Shown here one piece after another: positions 58,905 to 64,000 of a stretch of DNA of 64,000 nucleotides; the first letter of the stretch is position 1, and each line of letters starts with the position of its first letter. The notes beneath the pieces were generated by a model, which worked only from the letters and a program-made list of their open reading frames with translations, was not told where the DNA came from and made no database searches. The DNA comes from Eubacteriales bacterium. GTDB lineage: Bacteria > Bacillota > Clostridia > Christensenellales > UBA1750. The translations under genes were made by a program, and so were the position numbers. Where the stretch lies: the NCBI GenBank assembly GCA_031548365.1, contig JAVBRD010000022.1:20250-84249 (forward strand), read 5' to 3'.

Positions 58905-60458
58905 TCAGTCGGTCAGCAAGCTTTCGCCCGACATCTCCGCGGGCTTTGCGATGCCCATGAGCTCAAGCATGGTGGGGGAGACATCGGCAAGGCGGCCGCC
59001 CGCTCGGATTCTACGTCCCTTCATGCGGGGATCGACCACAATAAAAGGCACGGGATTGGTGGTGTGCGCGGTGAACGGCTCGTCCGTATCCTGATCGACC
59101 ATCAGGTCGGCGTTGCCGTGGTCCGCGGTCACAATCGCTTGTCCGCCGGACGCAAGCGCAGCGGTGACCACCAGTTTAACGCAATCGTCGACCGCTTTCA
59201 CAGCCATTTTTGCCGCGTCCATGATACCCGTGTGCCCCACCATGTCGCAGTTGGCAAAGTTGAGGATCATCGCGTCGTAAACGCCCGACTCGATGCGCTT
59301 AACCGCTTCCGCTGCGATCTCGTAAGCGCTCATCTCAGGCTTGAGGTCAAACGTCGCGACTTCCGGCGTGGGGATGAGCGCGCGATCCTCGCCTTTGTTG
59401 GGTTTTTCTGTGCCGCCGTTAAAGAAATAGGTCACATGCGCGTACTTCGTTGTCTCTGCGATGCGCAGCTGTGTTTTTCCGTTTGCCGCGAGCGTTTCAC
59501 CCATCGTTGTGCGCGGTTCGCTTTTTGTGTTCTCTGTCATGTACGCGACGCCGACGTTGGTGAATGTCGCGTCATACTGCGTCATCGAGACAAAATGGAC
59601 GTCACGGTGGCCGCCTGCGCGCGGGAATTTGTCAAAGTCGGGGTGGATGATCGCCTGTGAGAGCTCGCGAGCGCGGTCGGGGCGGAAGTTGAAGAAAATG
59701 ATCGCGTCGCCGTCCGAGATGGTCGCGACCGGCTGGCGGTCGGCGCTTACGATGACGGTCGGCTTGACAAATTCGTCAAAGACATCTTTTTCATACGACT
59801 TGATCATCGCGACTTTCGCGTTCTCCGCGGCATCGCCGAGGCCAAGATACATCGCTTCCCACGCCTTTTGCACGCGATCCCACTGTGTGTCGCGGTCCAT
59901 CGCGTAGTACCGCCCCGAAACGGTGGCGATTTTGCCGAAACTGCGCTTCTTCAGCTCCGCGTCGAGTCCCGCGAGGAACTCTCTTCCGCTGGCGGGGGGC
60001 ACGTCGCGCCCGTCCATGAACGCGTGAATGTACACGTCCGGCAAGCCTTGAGCCTTGGCCATGTCCACCAGCGCGAGCAGGTGCTCGACATGACTGTGCA
60101 CGCCGCCATCGCTGACCAGCCCCATCAGGTGGAGCTTGTGACCTTTCGCGGCTTGACACGCCTTGACAAGAACGGGGTTGCTGAAGAACGAACCGTCCCG
60201 GATGAACTTGGTGATGCGGGTGAATTCCTGGACGACGACGCGTCCCGCGCCAAGATTCTGGTGCCCAACCTCGCTGTTACCCATCTGACCGTCGGGAAGC
60301 CCGACGTCCATGCCTGACGCGCTGATCGCGCCGCTCGGGTACTCGTTCATCAGCGATGTGATGAAGGGCGTGCCTTGCTGCTTGATGGCGTTGTCCTTCG
60401 CGTCGTCGCGAAGCCCAAAGCCGTCCATGATGATCAACGCGGTGATCGGTCTTGCCAT
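58905..60458 (-). CDS. gpmI: 2,3-bisphosphoglycerate-independent phosphoglycerate mutase
   Basis: MGNSEVGH, GGVHSH, DMVGH, TADHGN. Confidence 0.97.
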   Translation of the reverse strand: MARPITALIIMDGFGLRDDAKDNAIKQQGTPFITSLMNEYPSGAISASGMDVGLPDGQMGNSEVGHQNLGAGRVVVQEFTRITKFIRDGSFFSNPVLVKACQAAKGHKLHLMGLVSDGGVHSHVEHLLALVDMAKAQGLPDVYIHAFMDGRDVPPASGREFLAGLDAELKKRSFGKIATVSGRYYAMDRDTQWDRVQKAWEAMYLGLGDAAENAKVAMIKSYEKDVFDEFVKPTVIVSADRQPVATISDGDAIIFFNFRPDRARELSQAIIHPDFDKFPRAGGHRDVHFVSMTQYDATFTNVGVAYMTENTKSEPRTTMGETLAANGKTQLRIAETTKYAHVTYFFNGGTEKPNKGEDRALIPTPEVATFDLKPEMSAYEIAAEAVKRIESGVYDAMILNFANCDMVGHTGIMDAAKMAVKAVDDCVKLVVTAALASGGQAIVTADHGNADLMVDQDTDEPFTAHTTNPVPFIVVDPRMKGRRIRAGGRLADVSPTMLELMGIAKPAEMSGESLLTD

Positions 60459-60619
60459 AGTAAACCTCCTTAAATGCGTTTGGCGCGGGGACGCCTGGGC
60501 CTCCGCACACCCTCAGACCTCTTAACCGATGTGGCGCGTCCAGAGGTGAGCCTGGGGCGCTGCGCTCCTAAGTGCTGTCCCACAAACACGCCGGGCCGCT
60601 TGCGCGTCCCGGCGATGGG

Positions 60620-61384
60620 TTACATGGTGCTGTCCGCCGCTTTGACAATCGCGGCGAAATCTGGAGCCTTTAAGCTTGCTCCCCCGATAAGCCCGCCGTC
60701 GATGTTGGGCTGGCCCATGAGTCCCTGGGCGTTCGCGGCGTTCATGCTCCCGCCGTATTGTATACGCAGGGCGCCGGCTGCGCCTTCGCCGTAAAGGAGA
60801 CCAACGTTTTTGCGGATAAAAGCCACGACCTCCTCGGCTTGCTCGTCGGTTGCGGTGCGCCCGGTGCCGATAGCCCAGACCGGTTCATACGCGATGACGA
60901 CCTTCTGAACGTCAGATTCCGCCACGCCCGCGAAGGCGGCGACGGTTTGCCTCTCGACTACGCTGAACGTGTTCCCGCTTTCGCGCTCGGCGAGCAGCTC
61001 GCCAACGCAGACGATGGGGGTCAACCCCGCCGCGAGCGCGGCATTTGTACGCTTGTTGACCGACTCATCGGTTTCGCCGAAGAACTGCCGACGCTCGCTG
61101 TGGCCAATAACGACGTAAGTCGCACCACACGCCTTGAGCATATCGGCCGATATTTCGCCAGTAAACGCGCCGCTCGCGGCCCAGTGCACATTCTGCGCGC
61201 CCACACCGATTCCCGATCCCTTGAGCGCATCCGCGACAGAGGCGATATCAACGAAGGGGACGCATACGGCAACTTCACAGCGATGACCTTTGAGCTGCTC
61301 CTTGAGCTCGTTGGCGAGAACGGCGGCCTCCATGGGCGTTTTGTTCATCTTCCAGTTGCCGGCGATAAACGGTTTCCTTAGCAT
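60620..61384 (-). CDS. tpiA: Triosephosphate isomerase
   Basis: AGNWKMN, GHSERR, AYEPVWAIGTG. Confidence 0.97.
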   Translation of the reverse strand: MLRKPFIAGNWKMNKTPMEAAVLANELKEQLKGHRCEVAVCVPFVDIASVADALKGSGIGVGAQNVHWAASGAFTGEISADMLKACGATYVVIGHSERRQFFGETDESVNKRTNAALAAGLTPIVCVGELLAERESGNTFSVVERQTVAAFAGVAESDVQKVVIAYEPVWAIGTGRTATDEQAEEVVAFIRKNVGLLYGEGAAGALRIQYGGSMNAANAQGLMGQPNIDGGLIGGASLKAPDFAAIVKAADSTM

Positions 61385-61405
61385 TGTAACCTCCAGCAAT
61401 CGGAA

Positions 61406-62596
61406 TTATTTGTCGTTGAGCGCTGCAACACCCGGCAAAATGAGGCCTTCGATGAACTCAAGCGATGCGCCGCCGCCTGTGGAGATGTGCGTCATTTTGT
61501 CGGCAAAACCCATCTGCTCGACAGCCGCCGCGGAATCGCCGCCTCCTATGATGGTCGTGCCTTTGCAGTCCGCCATGGCCTGCGCGACCGCGCGTGTGCC
61601 CTCGGCAAAGTTAGGGAACTCAAAGACGCCCATGGGGCCGTTCCAGATAACAGTCGCGGCGGGTTTTATGGATTCGGCAAAAAGCTTGCGGGTTTCCGGC
61701 CCGATGTCCAGACCCTCAAAGCCTTCGGGGATGCTGTTCGCCGGAACGATTTTTCGTTCTGAGTCGTTTTTGAACTCGGACGCAGCCACTGTATCAACGG
61801 GCAGGAGGAGTTTGACGCCTTTGTCTTTGGCTTTTTGCATCAGGTCTTTGGCCAGATCGAGCTTGTCGGCCTCAAAGCGGGAGTTGCCCACGTTCGCGCC
61901 CATGGCTTTTTGGAACGTGTAGGCCATCGCGCCGCCGATGATGAGGGTGTCGACCTTCTCGAGCAGGTTGTTGATGACGCCGATTTTGTCGGAGACCTTG
62001 AGGCCGCCCAGGATAGCGACGAAGGGCCGCGCGGGGTTGTCCAGCGCTTTACCGAGGATATCCAGCTCCTTGCCGATCAAGTAGCCCGCCACGGCGGGGA
62101 GGTATGCGGCCACACCTGCGGTGGAGGCGTGCGCGCGGTGCGCGGTGCCAAACGCGTCATTGACGTAGACGTTGGCGAGCGAGGCCAGCTCCTTGGCGAA
62201 CTCGGGCGCGTTTTTCTCTTCTTCTGGATGGAAACGGACATTCTCAAGAAGAACGACTTCGCCGTCCTTGGCATTTGATACGGCGGCCTTTGCGCTTTCG
62301 CCAATGACGTCGGACGCGAGCACGACCGGCTGGCCCAGAAGCTCACCCAAACGGCGCGCGACGGGAGCCATGGAGTACTTGGGGTCAAATCCGCCTTTTG
62401 GACGCCCGAGATGCGAGCACAAGATGACGCGCGCCTTCCGCTCGATCAGCGCTTTGATTGTGGGAAGAGCGCCCACGATGCGGTTGTCATCCGTGATGTT
62501 CTTGTTCTCGTCAAGCGGCACATTGAAATCAACGCGGACCAGAACTTTTTTTCCGCCGACTTGGATGTCGTCGATGGTTTTTTTGGCAAGTGCCAT
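61406..62596 (-). CDS. pgk: Phosphoglycerate kinase
   Basis: [26 protein letters not shown]. Confidence 0.97.
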   Translation of the reverse strand: MALAKKTIDDIQVGGKKVLVRVDFNVPLDENKNITDDNRIVGALPTIKALIERKARVILCSHLGRPKGGFDPKYSMAPVARRLGELLGQPVVLASDVIGESAKAAVSNAKDGEVVLLENVRFHPEEEKNAPEFAKELASLANVYVNDAFGTAHRAHASTAGVAAYLPAVAGYLIGKELDILGKALDNPARPFVAILGGLKVSDKIGVINNLLEKVDTLIIGGAMAYTFQKAMGANVGNSRFEADKLDLAKDLMQKAKDKGVKLLLPVDTVAASEFKNDSERKIVPANSIPEGFEGLDIGPETRKLFAESIKPAATVIWNGPMGVFEFPNFAEGTRAVAQAMADCKGTTIIGGGDSAAAVEQMGFADKMTHISTGGGASLEFIEGLILPGVAALNDK

Positions 62597-62630
62597 GGTA
62601 TTCTCTCCCTTAACTACTTGTGATTCATTC

Positions 62631-62685
62631 ATTATACCACGTTCGCACCTTTTGGAACAGCGGCGCATTGTGTTTTCTTTCACAA
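62631..62685 (-). promoter_or_regulatory. pgk promoter with putative Rex operator
   Basis: Extended -10 TGGTATAAT (62639-62631); TTGTGTTTTCTTTCACAA (62668-62685) matches TTGTGAA-N4-TTCACAA at 12/14 positions. Confidence 0.55.
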
Positions 62686-62699
62686 AGTTTTTGCGGTGG

Positions 62700-63173
62700 C
62701 TATATCAGGCGCAAAGGCTTTTTCTTCCAGCCTTCTTCGCCATTGCGCCATATCGCGAATAGCTCGGACGCGTCTGTGCGCGAGAACAGGTCGATATACC
62801 GTTCGAAATGCTCCGCGAGCGGCAGCACGCTTAAAGAGGCGATATCGGTCCAAAAAACGCGTCCTTCATCACTGCTGATCAGCTCGCCCGCAAAGTCGTG
62901 TGTTTTGTAGAGGAAAACCAGGTACCGTTCCCCAGTTTGATCGTTGTACCAGTCGACGACGCCGCAGTGCACAAGGTTTGTAACCGCAAGTCCGGTCTCC
63001 TCCAGTATTTCCCTCGCGGCTGACTCCACGATGCTCTCGCCAGGCTCGACATGCCCGCCCGGAAACGTGATGCCTTTCCAGCCTTTCACGCGCTCCTGAA
63101 CGACCGCGCGCCCAAGATGCTTATCCACGACCATGGTCATCGTGGTCAGCTCACATGGCACAGACCTTGACAC
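62700..63173 (-). CDS. NUDIX hydrolase (MutT-like)
   Basis: Nudix box [24 protein letters not shown]. Confidence 0.9.
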   Translation of the reverse strand: MSRSVPCELTTMTMVVDKHLGRAVVQERVKGWKGITFPGGHVEPGESIVESAAREILEETGLAVTNLVHCGVVDWYNDQTGERYLVFLYKTHDFAGELISSDEGRVFWTDIASLSVLPLAEHFERYIDLFSRTDASELFAIWRNGEEGWKKKPLRLI

Positions 63174-63241
63174 TCTACCACACGCCCTATCTTATCCAGT
63201 ATTGCACAATTATAGCAATGAGCGTCATGGAACGCAAATTA

Positions 63242-63529
63242 TTGACATCATCAAACGCTGTATGCTATAATAAATAAATAAACGCGATGATGGGGACGGG
63301 CGGCGTGCAAGGTGCAAGCGAACCGGGGGAGGTGGGAGCCCGGTGGCCGACGGCGCAGCCACATCACCCTTGAGTGGAGCTGCCGACATTGTATGCAGGC
63401 AGCTACGGATCCCACCGTTAACCGGGCGCGCATGATTGTGCGTAGATGAAGAGGGCGGCGTTGCCGTCAATTCGGGTGGTACCGCGAAGCAGAAGCTTCG
63501 TCCCGTGGTGGGGCGGGCTTTTTTATTTT
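63242..63529 (+). promoter_or_regulatory. Promoter and T-box riboswitch (Ile)
   Basis: TTGACA(63242)-18 bp-TATAAT; specifier ATC at 63363-63365; T-box AATTCGGGTGGTACCGCG at 63469-63486; terminator with U tract. Confidence 0.9.
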
Positions 63530-63549
63530 GCCCTAAGGAGAATGACGAA

Positions 63550-64000
63550 ATGATCCGCAAGGTCGACACCAGCATGAATTTCAAGGATCGCGAGCTTGAA
63601 GTGTTGAAGTTCTGGAAAACGAACGGTGTTTTCGAGAAAAGCGTAAAGCAGCGCGAGGGGTGCCCGGAGTATACGTTTTACGACGGCCCGCCCACGGCGA
63701 ACGGTAAGCCGCACATCGGGCATGTCGAGACACGCGCGTTCAAGGACTTGCTGCCAAGGTTCCACACAATGAAGGGCAAGCATGTTTTGCGAAAAGCAGG
63801 CTGGGACACACATGGTCTCCCGGTCGAGCTTGAGGTGGAAAAACAGCTCGGTCTCGACGGCAAGCCGCAGATAGAGAAGTATGGCGTAGAGCCGTTTATT
63901 CAGAAATGCAAGGAATCCGTGTGGAAGTATAAGGGCGATTGGGAGCGCATGAGTGAACGCGTGGGCTTCTGGGCGGACACGGATAACCCGTACATCACCT
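63550..64000 (+). CDS. ileS: Isoleucyl-tRNA synthetase, type 2 (5' part, runs off the window)
   Basis: Hand translation MIRKVDTSMNF..FYDGPPTANGKPHIGH..AGWDTHGLPVE; absent from the ORF track because it has no stop in the window. Confidence 0.95.
   Translation, partial: MIRKVDTSMNFKDRELEVLKFWKTNGVFEKSVKQREGCPEYTFYDGPPTANGKPHIGHVETRAFKDLLPRFHTMKGKHVLRKAGWDTHGLPVELEVEKQLGLDGKPQIEKYGVEPFIQKCKESVWKYKGDWERMSERVGFWADTDNPYIT

Noticed and set aside
1-64000. Stop-codon recoding, tRNA/rRNA genes, prophage or defence islands
   Set aside because: Conserved genes appear full length in the standard code, and I saw no such RNA genes, integrases, nucleases or toxin-antitoxin pairs by eye.

Overview
This is a core-genome window from a GC-rich (~60%) Clostridia-like Firmicute, probably a spore-former. 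From left to right it holds: a MarR/flavin reductase/PduL operon; site-2 protease-scpAB; a FabT-type fab/acc fatty-acid cluster lacking fabK; T-box-controlled pheST flanked by two URO-D-family genes; uvrB and uvrA; maf-mreBCD-pbp2; the yicC-remA-gmk-rpoZ-coaBC-priA-def-fmt-rsmB-rlmN-prpC-prkC-rsgA-rpe superoperon; gap; leuA-cimA; rpsF-ssb-rpsR; pgk-tpiA-gpmI; and the start of a T-box-controlled ileS. I saw no tRNA, rRNA, CRISPR, prophage or defence system, and I cannot support a claim of a large new multi-gene system. The best leads are small: two genes whose promoter spacer is the reverse complement of their own Shine-Dalgarno (SD), which could block translation of read-through mRNA; a 182-bp MITE flanked by a 30-bp duplication of a terminator hairpin; an RsmB with a ~200-aa repeat-built N-terminal extension; a possible ArgRS-derived mini-protein; a frameshifted IS630 HTH relic; and a CTG-initiated MarR. 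All calls come from reading the sequence by eye; no database searches were run.
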